From a bacterium (lineage in GTDB: Archaea > Thermoplasmatota > E2 > JACPAO01 > JAHFTW01), in contig JAZJZE010000009.1 of the NCBI GenBank assembly GCA_040390065.1, positions 520,556-584,555 of the forward strand: DNA of 64,000 bases, written 5' to 3'. The notes beneath the pieces are model-generated. The model saw nothing but the letters and a program-made list of their open reading frames with translations. It ran no database searches and was not told the DNA's origin. Both the position numbers and the translations under genes were made by a program. Positions 1-9,088 of the stretch are shown in pieces; within the stretch, counting starts at the first letter, position 1; every line of letters begins with the position of its first letter.

Positions 1-758
1 ACCATGTAGGGGAACGTCTCGAGGACGTGGGCAAAGACCACGATCCAGAGAGTCCACGTGAAGGACATGGGGCTCTTGAAGAGGAAATCCGTGAGCGCGT
101 GGATGGGGCCGTAGGGGCCGTAGAATGACAGCAGCGCCAGGCCGACGACGACGCTCGGCAGCGCGATGGTCAGGTTGCTCATGGCGTCCATGGCCTGCGA
201 TCCGAAGATGCGGCGCCGGGCGGTGGCGTAGGCGATGAGCGTGCCAAGAAACAGTTGCACGCAGACGACCAGGGTGGCCACTTCGAAGCTGCGAAACAGC
301 GGCTGGTACAGGGCGGGCTTGCTGAAGAGTTCCTTGTACCAGTGGCCGGTGAATCCGCCGAGGCCCTGGAAGATGGATGGCGAGAGGCTGAATGCGGCGA
401 CCGTCAGGAGGGGGCCGAGGACGAAGAAGGCGAACAATGCCCAGATGAAGATGGTCCAGGTGAGCCGCCCGACGTTCTGGCGCACCGTCAGCCAAGGGCG
501 CCGTGCGGGGGGAAGGCCGCGCCCGACGGGTTCCCCGGGGCCGGGAGGGCGCGGTGCTGGGCGCACGATGGCGGCCTGAGGCCGGGCGGGTTGAGGGGCT
601 GGCGGCTGTGGGCCCGTGGGAACTGGCGGCCTCGCGGGTGCGGGCGTCGGCGCACGACTTGGGACCGGCATGCGCACGACCGTCGGCGGGCCGGTCTGTG
701 GCGGGCGCGGCGGCGGCTGGGGCGGTGCCCGCGGCGGCGGCTTTGGCTTGGCGGTCAC
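1..758 (-). CDS. ABC transporter permease; C-terminus cut by window edge
   Basis: Absent from the ORF track because it is truncated. Hand translation of the minus strand gives WLTVRQNVGRLTWTIFIWALFAFFVLGPLLTVAAFSLSPS...FLGTLIAYATARRRIFGSQAMDAMSNLTIALPSVVVGLALLSFYGP, which is TM-rich and permease-like. GTG at 758 overlaps the stop of the upstream binding-protein gene (GTGA). In-frame ATG 671 is the alternative start. The N-terminus is Pro-rich. Confidence 0.75.
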   Translation of the reverse strand, partial: MTAKPKPPPRAPPQPPPRPPQTGPPTVVRMPVPSRAPTPAPARPPVPTGPQPPAPQPARPQAAIVRPAPRPPGPGEPVGRGLPPARRPWLTVRQNVGRLTWTIFIWALFAFFVLGPLLTVAAFSLSPSIFQGLGGFTGHWYKELFSKPALYQPLFRSFEVATLVVCVQLFLGTLIAYATARRRIFGSQAMDAMSNLTIALPSVVVGLALLSFYGPYGPIHALTDFLFKSPMSFTWTLWIVVFAHVLETFPYM

Positions 759-1729
759 GCTTTCACCTGGTAGGCCGGCAGTGCGCTTTCCAGGTCTGCC
801 CACATGGACCAGTCATACTCGATGATCCGCGCACCAGTGAGGTCGAGACCAGCCCCCGCATGGCCGGGCACCGTGGGGCGCAGCATGACGCTCGCCAATT
901 GGTCCTGGACGCTGGCGGAGAAGAGGTGGTCGATGAACTGCGCCCCGCCGGGGTGGGGGTGGTTCTTGACGAGCGCAGCGGCAAACAGCACCATGGTCGT
1001 GGCATCCTCGCCGTGGATACGCGGCAGCGTGTATGCGACCTTCGCGCCTTGTTTCTGGTACAGGGACGCCACGGCCTCGTACCCGAGAGTGACGTCGAAC
1101 GAGCCGTCGGCGACGCCGCCGATGTTGGCGCGTGCGTTGGTGGGTTGCACGACGGTGTGCTCGACGGCGCGCTGGCCGGCCTCCTTGTCCAGCGTCTCGA
1201 AGAACATTGCCGCGTAGACGCCATTGTTCGACAGAAGTGGGTGCGGCAGCCCGAAGCGCATTGGCGTGAGGGCGAGGTCCGGTGGGGCGGCGAGTGCGGG
1301 CGTGTAGACCTCGACCAGGGGGCTCTGGGCAAACGCGGTCCAGATCTGGCCGCCGTCAGGGGCGCGCCGTTGCGGCGTGTCGGACTGCTCCGTTCCGGGC
1401 GGCCCCGGGTGCGACTCGAAGATCCCCGCCGCAAACCCCTTTTCCAGGTAGAGCGGCGAGGCGTGCAGGAAGACGTCGGCCTCGGGGCGGTCGCGTGACA
1501 TGAGCACGCGGTAGTACTCGTCGCCAGCGGCCAGGTAGACGAGCTTGACGTGGATGCCTGTCTCCGCCTCGAAGCCGGGGACGATCGCCTTCTCGAGGAC
1601 GTCCTTGAGGGCAGGGGTCGTGTAGATGACCAACGTGTTCCCTTCGACGCGTCGCAGGTCGAGGGCGGAGACGGCCGCGACGGTGAACAACGCCACGAGG
1701 AGCCAGGCGGTCGGGCTAGGTCGCCGCAA
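755..1729 (-). CDS. ABC transporter substrate-binding protein (family-1 SBP, iron(III)/thiamine/polyamine type)
   Basis: ORF of 324 aa. Signal/anchor MRRPSPTAWLLVALFTVAAVSA is followed by LVIYTTPALKDVLEKAIVPGFEAETGIHVKLVY, typical of this SBP family. It overlaps both neighbouring genes, so it belongs to one operon. Confidence 0.8.
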   Translation of the reverse strand: MRRPSPTAWLLVALFTVAAVSALDLRRVEGNTLVIYTTPALKDVLEKAIVPGFEAETGIHVKLVYLAAGDEYYRVLMSRDRPEADVFLHASPLYLEKGFAAGIFESHPGPPGTEQSDTPQRRAPDGGQIWTAFAQSPLVEVYTPALAAPPDLALTPMRFGLPHPLLSNNGVYAAMFFETLDKEAGQRAVEHTVVQPTNARANIGGVADGSFDVTLGYEAVASLYQKQGAKVAYTLPRIHGEDATTMVLFAAALVKNHPHPGGAQFIDHLFSASVQDQLASVMLRPTVPGHAGAGLDLTGARIIEYDWSMWADLESALPAYQVKA

Positions 1730-2603
1730 TGGGCCAGACCTCCACGGATTCGCGCTCGGGGCCCTTCTTCACCATGACGTGCACCTCGTCGCCGACGTTG
1801 ACGGAGTCGATCGACACGGGGATGCGGGCGCCGCCCTGCGCGACCACGTAGCGGTTGCCGTTGCGGTCCTCCTTCACGGTGGCCCTGTGGAAGACGAGCA
1901 TGCGCACGAAGTCTTGCACGAACGGGTGCGGGTTGCGCATCACCGTCTCCGGGTCGCCTTCCACCACGACCTCGCCCTTGTTGAGCACGACGACGTGTTT
2001 GGCAAAGAGGAACGCCTCCTCCTGGTCGTGCGTGACGAGGATGGTCGTGAGCCGGAGGCGCTGGATGATCTGGCGTACTTGGTGGACCAATTCGACGCGC
2101 GTCGTGGCATCGAGGGCCGTGAAGGCTTCGTCGAGAAGCAGCAGGCGCGGCTCGACGGCAAGCACGCGTGCCAGGGCGACGCGCTGCTGCTCGCCGCCGG
2201 ACAAGGTCGCCGGCATGGCGTTGCCCTTGCGTTCCAGCTTCACCAATGCCAGGAGTTCGCCGACCTTCTTCTGGATCGCCACCGGGTCCATGCGGCGGAT
2301 CTTCATGCCATAGCCGATGTTCTCGGCCACCGTCATGTGCGGAAACAGCGCGTAATTCTGGTACACGATGCCGACCTTGCGCTTCTCGACGTGTGTGAGG
2401 GTGACGTCTTGGCCGTCGAAGTAGACGCGGCCGTGGTCCGGGATGAGCTCGCCCAGGATGCAGCGCAAGACCGTCGTCTTGCCACATCCCGACGGCCCGA
2501 CCAGGGACACGATGGAACCAGGCCGCACGTCGAAGCTCACACCTTTCAGGATCTTCTTCGTGCCGAGGCGCTTGTGGATGTCCTCGATGCGGACGCGGGT
2601 CAT
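1716..2603 (-). CDS. ABC importer ATP-binding protein with C-terminal TOBE-like domain (CysA/FbpC/PotA-like)
   Basis: Walker A GPSGCGKTT, signature LSGGEQQRVALAR, Walker B LLLLDEAF, H-loop ILVTHD, and a beta-rich C-terminal tail. Confidence 0.95.
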   Translation of the reverse strand: MTRVRIEDIHKRLGTKKILKGVSFDVRPGSIVSLVGPSGCGKTTVLRCILGELIPDHGRVYFDGQDVTLTHVEKRKVGIVYQNYALFPHMTVAENIGYGMKIRRMDPVAIQKKVGELLALVKLERKGNAMPATLSGGEQQRVALARVLAVEPRLLLLDEAFTALDATTRVELVHQVRQIIQRLRLTTILVTHDQEEAFLFAKHVVVLNKGEVVVEGDPETVMRNPHPFVQDFVRMLVFHRATVKEDRNGNRYVVAQGGARIPVSIDSVNVGDEVHVMVKKGPERESVEVWPIAAT

Positions 2604-2753
2604 GCCCCTCCGCGCGAGCCGAGTGCCAAAGCCGTGCTCATCTGCACCGCCACACGGGTCGCGTCCAAGATAAGGCTGCCGCGGTGGGCAACAATCCTCC
2701 GTCAGGGATGAAACGCGGATGGGCCGCGGAATCCGCGGCGCAGCCGGAGACCG

Positions 2754-3332
2754 TCAGACCTGGCCGGAGCCGTAGTCGGAGGCCATCTTGCGCTGCTCCG
2801 CGCGCCCCGTCTCGGGGTCCTTGAGGCGGCGGCCGTCGAGGACGAGTTGCGCGCCTGAGGGGCCGAAGGCCTTGACGCAGCCGAGGTCCGGCTTGTCCGT
2901 GGCCAATTGGGGGCCTCCCTTCATGCCGATGACCTTGGCGCGGATGTAGTCGCCACAGGCGTATTCCTCGCGCACGTCCTTGATGTAGCGCGCGTCGATC
3001 TTGCTGACGTGCAGCGTGCCTTCGACCTGCTGCAGGATGGAGCGGCCTTCCTTGCCGCGCACGGCGAGGATCTTGACGGAGGCCAGCGTCTCGGGTTTGA
3101 TGTAGGTCACCATGCCGATGACGACGTCTCCTTTCTCGATGGCGGCCACCGACTTGCCGGCGGGCTGCACGGAGAGGGTCATGGTCTGGGGATCCACTTG
3201 CTGGGTGCCGTAGACGGCGGCGCGGATCTGGGTGCCATCGTCGTAGGTGCCGGCGCCTGCGAGGAGCTCCTCGGAGTAAGCCAGCGGCGTGCCGGGTTCC
3301 ACCAGGGTGCCGGGCTTGTCGTTCTTGTCCAT
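2754..3332 (-). CDS. csl4: Exosome complex RNA-binding cap subunit Csl4
   Basis: Last 192 codons of ORF 2754..3962. KPGTLVEPGTPLAYSEELLAGAGTYDDGTQIRAAVYG plus the S1-like core GDVVIGMVTYIKPETLASVKILAV match archaeal Csl4. ATG 3332 is preferred because TTTAAAA (3355-3361) lies about 26 nt upstream. ATG 3380 is the alternative. The upstream 200 codons are an Arg/Ala-rich shadow frame. Confidence 0.85.
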   Translation of the reverse strand: MDKNDKPGTLVEPGTPLAYSEELLAGAGTYDDGTQIRAAVYGTQQVDPQTMTLSVQPAGKSVAAIEKGDVVIGMVTYIKPETLASVKILAVRGKEGRSILQQVEGTLHVSKIDARYIKDVREEYACGDYIRAKVIGMKGGPQLATDKPDLGCVKAFGPSGAQLVLDGRRLKDPETGRAEQRKMASDYGSGQV

Positions 3333-3354
3333 TGCGTCGCCGACGGCCAGCCGC

Positions 3355-3361
3355 TTTAAAA
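3355..3361 (-). promoter_or_regulatory. TATA-like box for csl4
   Basis: TTTAAAA is centred about 26 nt upstream of ATG 3332, which suggests a leaderless or short-leader transcript. Confidence 0.4.
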
Positions 3362-3424
3362 CCGTCCGCTTGGGCGCCATAGGCCATGGCTGTGCCGTGG
3401 ACGGGCCGGCCACCAAGACAAGGG

Positions 3425-3432
3425 AAAAATAG
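3425..3432 (+). promoter_or_regulatory. TATA-like box for the wHTH regulator gene
   Basis: AAAAATAG is centred about 26 nt upstream of ATG 3455. It is divergent from the csl4 box within the 122-bp gap. Confidence 0.4.
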
Positions 3433-3454
3433 CTCGGCGCAGAAACAATGTCCC

Positions 3455-3808
3455 ATGGTGCGCAAGCGCCGCCCTGAACTCCAGACCGCCCTGCAGCGCC
3501 TTGGCGCCAAGCGCGTGGAAGCCGTGCTCGTGTCCCTTCTTGCCCAGGAAGGGGAACTGGGCACCAGGCAAATCGTCGAGACGAGCGGCCTGCGTCAACC
3601 CGAGGTCTCGGTCGGCATGCGCGACCTGCGGCGGCGCGGCTGGGTCGAGGCAGACGCCATCGCGGGCCACGGCAAGGGTCGGCCCATGCACCGCTACCAC
3701 CTCGCCGTCTCGCCGGCCGTGCTGAGGCGGCACTACGAAGAGCAGGGCAAACGCACGGTGGCCGACTTCGAGCAGGCGCTGCGCCTCGTACGCAAGTCAC
3801 TGTCCTGA
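3455..3808 (+). CDS. Winged helix-turn-helix transcriptional regulator
   Basis: Within ORF 3386..3808. ATG 3455 is preferred because an AAAAATAG box (3425-3432) lies about 26 nt upstream. LVSLLAQEGELGTRQIVETSGLRQPEVSVGMRDLRRRGWV is a wHTH core. Confidence 0.7.
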   Translation: MVRKRRPELQTALQRLGAKRVEAVLVSLLAQEGELGTRQIVETSGLRQPEVSVGMRDLRRRGWVEADAIAGHGKGRPMHRYHLAVSPAVLRRHYEEQGKRTVADFEQALRLVRKSLS

Positions 3809-3813
3809 TTCCT

Positions 3814-4494
3814 TCACGCCGTGAGGGTGCGCACGCCACCCGGCTCCGCGACGTAGACTGCACTGCACAAGCCAAGAAACAGGCCGCACGTGACGACACC
3901 TGGGAACGTCTCGAGCTGCACTTCGAGGCGCTCCGGGTCATCGATTCGCGGCCACTTGGCATCGAGGATCGGGTTGCCGTTGTCGGTCAGGATCGTCTGG
4001 CCGGTGGCGTCGCGCCGCAGACGGACGGCCGCGCCCAGTTCCTCCAGGTGCATCTGGACAGGGCGCTTGCCGAAGTCCAGGACCTCCACCGGCAGCGCGA
4101 ACGTGGAGCCGAGATGCTCGACGCGTTTCGAAGGGTCGGCGACGACGACCATCTTGCGGCTGACGCGGGCCACGACCTTCTCGCGGCTGAGCGCACCGCC
4201 GCCGCCCTTGATCAGCCGCAGCCGCGGGTCGAACTCGTCCGCGCCGTCGATGGTCAGGTCGACGCGTGGCGTCTCGTCGAGCGTCGTGAGGCGGATGCCA
4301 AGCGAACGAGCCAGGGCCTCGGATTGGCGGCTCGTCGGGATGCCCACGAAATCGAGGCCCTGCTTGGCGCGGCGGCCGAGCGCCTCGATGGTGAACTTGA
4401 CCGTCGAGCCCGTCCCGAGGCCGACCACCATTCCGGGGCGCACGAGATCCGCTGCGGCCTCGCCGGCTTGGCGTTTGAGGGCGTCCTTGTCCAC
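3814..4494 (-). CDS. rpiA: Ribose-5-phosphate isomerase A
   Basis: Blocks GMVVGLGTGSTV, FVGIPTSRQSE, DLTIDGADEFD and LIKGGGGALSREK. GTG 4494 gives the canonical ~226 aa. ATG 4563 would collide with the divergent start at 4562. Confidence 0.9.
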   Translation of the reverse strand: MDKDALKRQAGEAAADLVRPGMVVGLGTGSTVKFTIEALGRRAKQGLDFVGIPTSRQSEALARSLGIRLTTLDETPRVDLTIDGADEFDPRLRLIKGGGGALSREKVVARVSRKMVVVADPSKRVEHLGSTFALPVEVLDFGKRPVQMHLEELGAAVRLRRDATGQTILTDNGNPILDAKWPRIDDPERLEVQLETFPGVVTCGLFLGLCSAVYVAEPGGVRTLTA

Positions 4495-4561
4495 GCCGTT
4501 GCATGCCCGCGCCGCGTTTGGGGTTGCCGCTTGACCGGCGGACGCAACCTTCAAGCGCCGC

Positions 4562-6016
4562 ATGCCCGGTCGCGGCGTCGTGCGCCTCCACTGGCCCGTC
4601 GTTGCGATGGCTGGACTCATCCTTGCCGGTTGCTCCGCGCCCGCGACGACAACCATGTCGGATGGGCCGGATTCCATGGTCGTTCGCCACGCGTTCGCCA
4701 ACGCGACGACACCCAACGCCGCCCCAGACGGCTTCGGCTCCGAGCCGTCCATCCTCGTCGCCAAGGACGGCGCCATCTACTTCACCACGGTCCTCGGGTC
4801 GGCGCCGCCGTACGACCAGCCGACGCAGGTCGCCAACAAGCGCGGCGACGGCCTCTTCGTGACGCGTGACAACGGCACGACGTGGACGTACCTGGGCAAG
4901 GCCGATTATCCGTTTGGCGGCGGCGATTCCGACCTCGACGAACTGGGTGACGGGACTCTCCTTCTCACCGGGCAATGGCGGCCGAGCGCCATTCCGTCCC
5001 TGCCCGCCGTTGGCGCGCCCTACGTGACTGGAGGCGAATCCGTGTCGCGCTCGGCGGATGGCGGCAAGACGTGGACGGCGTTCCCCACCGCGGGGTACCT
5101 GCCCGACGCCGACCGCAACTGGCTCGCGGTGCGCGACCCCAGCACGGTCTTCCTCGTCTACAACGACGGCGTTGGCGGACTCGAGGTCGGAAAATCCACG
5201 GACGGCGGCAAGACGTGGCTGCCGCCCGTCGAGGTGGCGGGCACATCCGGCGGCCCGGCCAACGGCCCGAACGGCATCGCGGGGGACGCGGTCGTCGACG
5301 CCAATGGAACCTTGTACATCCCCTATGGGCCCGGCCCGGGTGGCGGCACCGTGCAACGCGTCTACACCTCCTCGGACGGCGCGGGGAGTTTCCAGGAACA
5401 CATCGTGCACGCGACGCCGTCGGGCGAGACATCGGGCGCCATCTTCTCGACGATTGCCGTCGACACGGGTGGCGAACTGTACTACGCCTGGGCGGAGACC
5501 CAGGGCGGCGCCATGCGCATCTTCGTCAGCCACTCCGAGGACAAGGCCGAGACGTGGGGAAATCCCATCGTCGTCTCGCCGCCGGGAATGAGCGCGGCCT
5601 TCCCATGGGTCGTGGCCGGGTCGCCGGACCACTTGGCCGTGGCCTACGACGCGGCGCAGGGGACGTTCAAGCCCGACGACGCGCCCGCCAACACGACGTG
5701 GAAACCGATGGTGTCCTTCGTGGACGACGTCCACACGGGCGCAGCCGACACCGTGGCCGTGACCGCCACGCCGAACCACGTCGGGCCCATCTGCACCGGC
5801 GGCACGGGCTGCACGTCGGGCCGCAACCTCGGCGACTTCTTCGAAATGGGCCGCGACAAGTGGGGCCACGTCGTCGTCGTGTGGGCGGATGACACGGGGG
5901 AGGCTCGCACGAACCACGCTGCGGTCCAAGCCATCGGCAGCCTGACGCAGGACATCGAGTGCCCCGCGGCCCAGCACGACGACCGCTGCCGGCCCGCACG
6001 AGCGGCAAGCGGGTAG
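4562..6016 (+). CDS. BNR/Asp-box repeat beta-propeller lipoprotein (sialidase-like glycosidase fold)
   Basis: Lipobox LILAGCS. Five Asp-boxes: TRDNGTTW, SADGGKTW, STDGGKTW, SSDGAGSF, SEDKAETW. Confidence 0.8.
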   Translation: MPGRGVVRLHWPVVAMAGLILAGCSAPATTTMSDGPDSMVVRHAFANATTPNAAPDGFGSEPSILVAKDGAIYFTTVLGSAPPYDQPTQVANKRGDGLFVTRDNGTTWTYLGKADYPFGGGDSDLDELGDGTLLLTGQWRPSAIPSLPAVGAPYVTGGESVSRSADGGKTWTAFPTAGYLPDADRNWLAVRDPSTVFLVYNDGVGGLEVGKSTDGGKTWLPPVEVAGTSGGPANGPNGIAGDAVVDANGTLYIPYGPGPGGGTVQRVYTSSDGAGSFQEHIVHATPSGETSGAIFSTIAVDTGGELYYAWAETQGGAMRIFVSHSEDKAETWGNPIVVSPPGMSAAFPWVVAGSPDHLAVAYDAAQGTFKPDDAPANTTWKPMVSFVDDVHTGAADTVAVTATPNHVGPICTGGTGCTSGRNLGDFFEMGRDKWGHVVVVWADDTGEARTNHAAVQAIGSLTQDIECPAAQHDDRCRPARAASG

Positions 6017-6079
6017 CGTGCACCTTGGATGCGTCCCACGGAACCGACGTACTCCAGCGGGTGTTCAGCGGGAATGGCA

Positions 6080-7507
6080 TCACAACGTGACCGCCGGGCG
6101 GCCACATGGGGCGCAGTCGAACCGTGAGCGGCCTGGAAGAGGCGATGGTGGGCAACGATCGCTTGGACAGCCGGTCGCATACAGCAGGAACCCCGTATGA
6201 GCCTCCATGATGCGAAGGGACAGAGCCGATGTGCCGGTCCTCAAGGCGCATGAAAGAAGCGATTCAGGAACCTGGAGAACGCCGCCGACCGTGATGCGCG
6301 GGACGTCGATGGCCGCGCCGTCAAAATCCAATTCCAGCCTTTCCGAATTGGCCATCTCCGCGCAGGGCGCATAAAAGACCGACAGGGTCACCATGCCCAA
6401 TCCCTTGCCGGCCAGTTGGGGTGGGGGGCCGGCGTCGCCGCGAGTGAGGAAATACGGCTGGGCAGCATCGGCGGGGGCCGTAGGCCTTGGCACTTGAACG
6501 AGGAAACGGATGGATGACATGTCGGAATCCATGACCTGGATTTCCCAATTGTATTGGAACTCATGCCTGAGGGACCCCTGGCCCACGGTCACTTGGTCTC
6601 CGTAGGCACGTGCCCGCACGACGGTCGAGTGAGGATGCTGCTCGAAGAAGGCCGGAATTGTGCCGTCGCAGCCGAAATCGATGGCATGGCAATGATGGGC
6701 GAACCGCAGGGCATCTTCTATTGACACGGGCATCGCGTTGGGTTGTCCGCCAGGCGGGTGGTCTGCATACGTCTCGAGAGGGCCCGCGCCGGGGGCATCC
6801 CAGAGCGATGCGATGGATGGGTCGGCCTGGATTCCTGAATCCGCGTTCCTCGCAACCGAGACCAATGCCCAAATGTAACGTTCTTCAGGGTGCCCGCCCC
6901 GTTCCTGCTCCCTGACAAGGGACAGGGGGACCACGAATCCAGGCGCAAACGAGTAGAGGTACGAGACGTTGAGCAAGGAGCCTTCCTTCTCGAAGGTGAC
7001 CAGGAGCCGCCAGTGGAGGGCATCCAGCACCTCCACCGAGACATCGTAACCCACCCAGGTCGTTGCGTAGAGTTGACCAGGGACAAGATCGACTTCACTG
7101 AAGCGCATTGGCAGAAACGGCAGAAAGGCTTCTACGCTTGGCCACTGGGTTGGCGGATAGAAATTCCCCGGCGTACCGTTGATCGCATAGGCCAGGATTT
7201 CCATTGAATGTTGGGCGAAGTAGTAGGACACGACGTCTGGACCCCTTGTCGCGTCCACTTCCACGGCCGTCGCGTTATGGCCGTGTACGTCCATCACGGT
7301 TTTCTGGACACCGACAAACCGCCATTCCGCGTCTATTGCAGGAGAGGTCAAGAGACTCAGCGGGCCGCTTGCATGGGCAGCGCTTGTGACAGAAAACCTA
7401 GGCAATCCGGCCACAAACACATCGGTACCGGACTTGCCTCCCGAGCAGCCGGAGAAACCAGCGAGAAGGAGGAGCAGGAAGAAAAGGAAGACAACGCGCC
7501 TAGGCAT
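6080..7507 (-). CDS. Hypothetical lipoprotein
   Basis: Within ORF 6080..7600. ATG 7507 gives MPRRVVFLFFLLLLLAGFSGCSG (signal plus lipobox). No family recognised. Confidence 0.6.
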   Translation of the reverse strand: MPRRVVFLFFLLLLLAGFSGCSGGKSGTDVFVAGLPRFSVTSAAHASGPLSLLTSPAIDAEWRFVGVQKTVMDVHGHNATAVEVDATRGPDVVSYYFAQHSMEILAYAINGTPGNFYPPTQWPSVEAFLPFLPMRFSEVDLVPGQLYATTWVGYDVSVEVLDALHWRLLVTFEKEGSLLNVSYLYSFAPGFVVPLSLVREQERGGHPEERYIWALVSVARNADSGIQADPSIASLWDAPGAGPLETYADHPPGGQPNAMPVSIEDALRFAHHCHAIDFGCDGTIPAFFEQHPHSTVVRARAYGDQVTVGQGSLRHEFQYNWEIQVMDSDMSSIRFLVQVPRPTAPADAAQPYFLTRGDAGPPPQLAGKGLGMVTLSVFYAPCAEMANSERLELDFDGAAIDVPRITVGGVLQVPESLLSCALRTGTSALSLRIMEAHTGFLLYATGCPSDRCPPSPLPGRSRFDCAPCGRPAVTL

Positions 7508-7521
7508 GGATGCCCGCACCC

Positions 7522-8730
7522 CTAGACGGGGGAAAAGAGCACGCTCGATCCTTGCGCGAGGACGACCGCGTCGAACGGGGGCTGCGAGTGTGCCGTCCAT
7601 ACGACATCGTCAAATGACCACGCATACGGCCCGACAACCGGCCCTTGCCGTGCCGTCTGGATGTGGATCATTCCGGTTCCTGTCCCGGGCAAGTCGACAA
7701 TCCAGTGATTCGTGCCGTCCCTGAGCAGGCTCAGGTCGCCGTCGACCGGCAGGGTGCGGGTGGCACTGTCTTGCTCTTGGGCCGCAGCCCACGTGTTGTA
7801 GTCCGTCATGCCGGAGGAGACGTCGCTGGCAAGGCCCGCATCACACTTGATTGATCCCGCTCCTCCCGAGTTGTCGAACCAATCATTGTAGCGAATGGGC
7901 CCATACGTGCGGTGGGGAACATGGAACGTGATGCTGGAACGCTCCAGAAAACCAAAGGAACCCCCGCGGTAGGTGACGTTCTGCGTATGGGCGCTGATGG
8001 TGAAATCGTACCAATAGATGTCTCGGGATGGATCGTACTTGCAGTCCGCCGACGGCTGGGAGTCCAATTCCACAACTGGACTGGCGGATCCTGTGTCAAA
8101 CGAAGCCAGGGCAGCAGGCGTGCCCTTTTTCCAGCACGGGTTGTTGAACACCAGGGCAATCTCGAACTCGGCGTTTCCGTTCAGGCCCGGCCCGAGGTTC
8201 GTGCTGTCCGCATTCCCGGCTTGCTGGTCTGGGTCGCATAGGGGTCCAAGTCCGGGCGGAAAGCAAAAGGCGGGAATGGCCGTCGCATGGGTGACAGCAA
8301 GTCCCGGCTGCCAAGATTGCGTAACGGTATCGAAGTACTGTATCTGGCTGACGGCCTGGCAACCCGTCCAAGGCCCGCAGTAGGGGGAGACGGGATGCGC
8401 GGTCGTGCTCCCCCCCGCCGGCGCCGCGAACGTTTCCTGGCGGACGTCACGACCACTCGATGTGGACGAAGTCCAATCAATCGTCGTGGTGACTTTCCAA
8501 TCGGTCGACGACGTGTCGGTGCCGGAGGCCGTCGCAGTCCAAGACATGCCGGTGTCGGTGGCCGAATCACAGCCTCCCACCGTAGGACGAGCGGCCGCCG
8601 TCCCCATTGGCTGGACCAATGCCTGAGTGCCGGGCAGGATGGGGGATGTGGACATCACAACGAGAACTAGTCCAATCAATGCGAGCAGGTGTCGGGCCAC
8701 AAATCCAATCTCCACGGTGCTTCGAAGCAC
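7522..8730 (-). CDS. Hypothetical secreted/membrane-anchored Thr/Ser-rich protein
   Basis: ORF of 402 aa with GTG start and N-terminal hydrophobic segment HLLALIGLVLVVMSTSPILPG. Its stop is 15 nt upstream of the next lipoprotein gene. AAATAA (8753-8758, minus sense) lies about 25 nt upstream. Confidence 0.6.
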   Translation of the reverse strand: MLRSTVEIGFVARHLLALIGLVLVVMSTSPILPGTQALVQPMGTAAARPTVGGCDSATDTGMSWTATASGTDTSSTDWKVTTTIDWTSSTSSGRDVRQETFAAPAGGSTTAHPVSPYCGPWTGCQAVSQIQYFDTVTQSWQPGLAVTHATAIPAFCFPPGLGPLCDPDQQAGNADSTNLGPGLNGNAEFEIALVFNNPCWKKGTPAALASFDTGSASPVVELDSQPSADCKYDPSRDIYWYDFTISAHTQNVTYRGGSFGFLERSSITFHVPHRTYGPIRYNDWFDNSGGAGSIKCDAGLASDVSSGMTDYNTWAAAQEQDSATRTLPVDGDLSLLRDGTNHWIVDLPGTGTGMIHIQTARQGPVVGPYAWSFDDVVWTAHSQPPFDAVVLAQGSSVLFSPV

Positions 8731-8814
8731 CCGTTGCTCGGGGCGGATCGGGTTATTTGGATTAGGTACCTATGACTCATTTGTTCCTAACCCTCCTTTT
8801 TCCTAGGCCTCCCG

Positions 8815-9024
8815 GTGCAACGCTTCATGCCATCCCGGCGCTACACAACCCTGGCCCTCCCCAACGCGCTTGTACAGCGCGTGGACGCATTCGTCCAGGC
8901 GAATGACTGGGGGTACCGAAGCCGTGCCGAAGTTTTCGCAGCGGCTGTCCGGGATTTCTTGAAGGCACACGAAGTAAACCGACCGTCCGGGACGCCGGAA
9001 AGGCCTCCCGCTCCGCGGCGGTAG
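8815..9024 (+). CDS. Ribbon-helix-helix (CopG/Arc-like) DNA-binding protein
   Basis: TTLALPNALVQRVDAFVQ...SRAEVFAAAVRDFL has the strand-helix-helix pattern of RHH proteins. The in-frame ATG at 8827 may be the real, leaderless start. Confidence 0.6.
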   Translation: MQRFMPSRRYTTLALPNALVQRVDAFVQANDWGYRSRAEVFAAAVRDFLKAHEVNRPSGTPERPPAPRR

Positions 9025-9088
9025 TCCGATTGAATCCTTCCGGAGAAAGGGAGGACGGATTCCGGGCGGGCTGCGCCTCCTCCGGCCT

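Noticed and set aside
235-1498. Plus-strand ORFs at the left edge (235..579, 255..773, 503..1498)
   Set aside because: They are antisense to the ABC permease and binding-protein genes and have Gly/Arg/Ala-rich shadow composition.
3938-5977. Very long ORFs antisense or out of frame to genes I call, for example 3938..5977 (679 aa), 28247..29893, 42609..44900 (763 aa), 58573..60141, 35748..37754, 763..2487 and 52731..54560
   Set aside because: Their translations are Arg/Ala/Gly/Pro-rich low-complexity sequence with no motifs. They overlap ORFs with clear family signatures. Stop-poor shadow frames are expected in GC-rich DNA.
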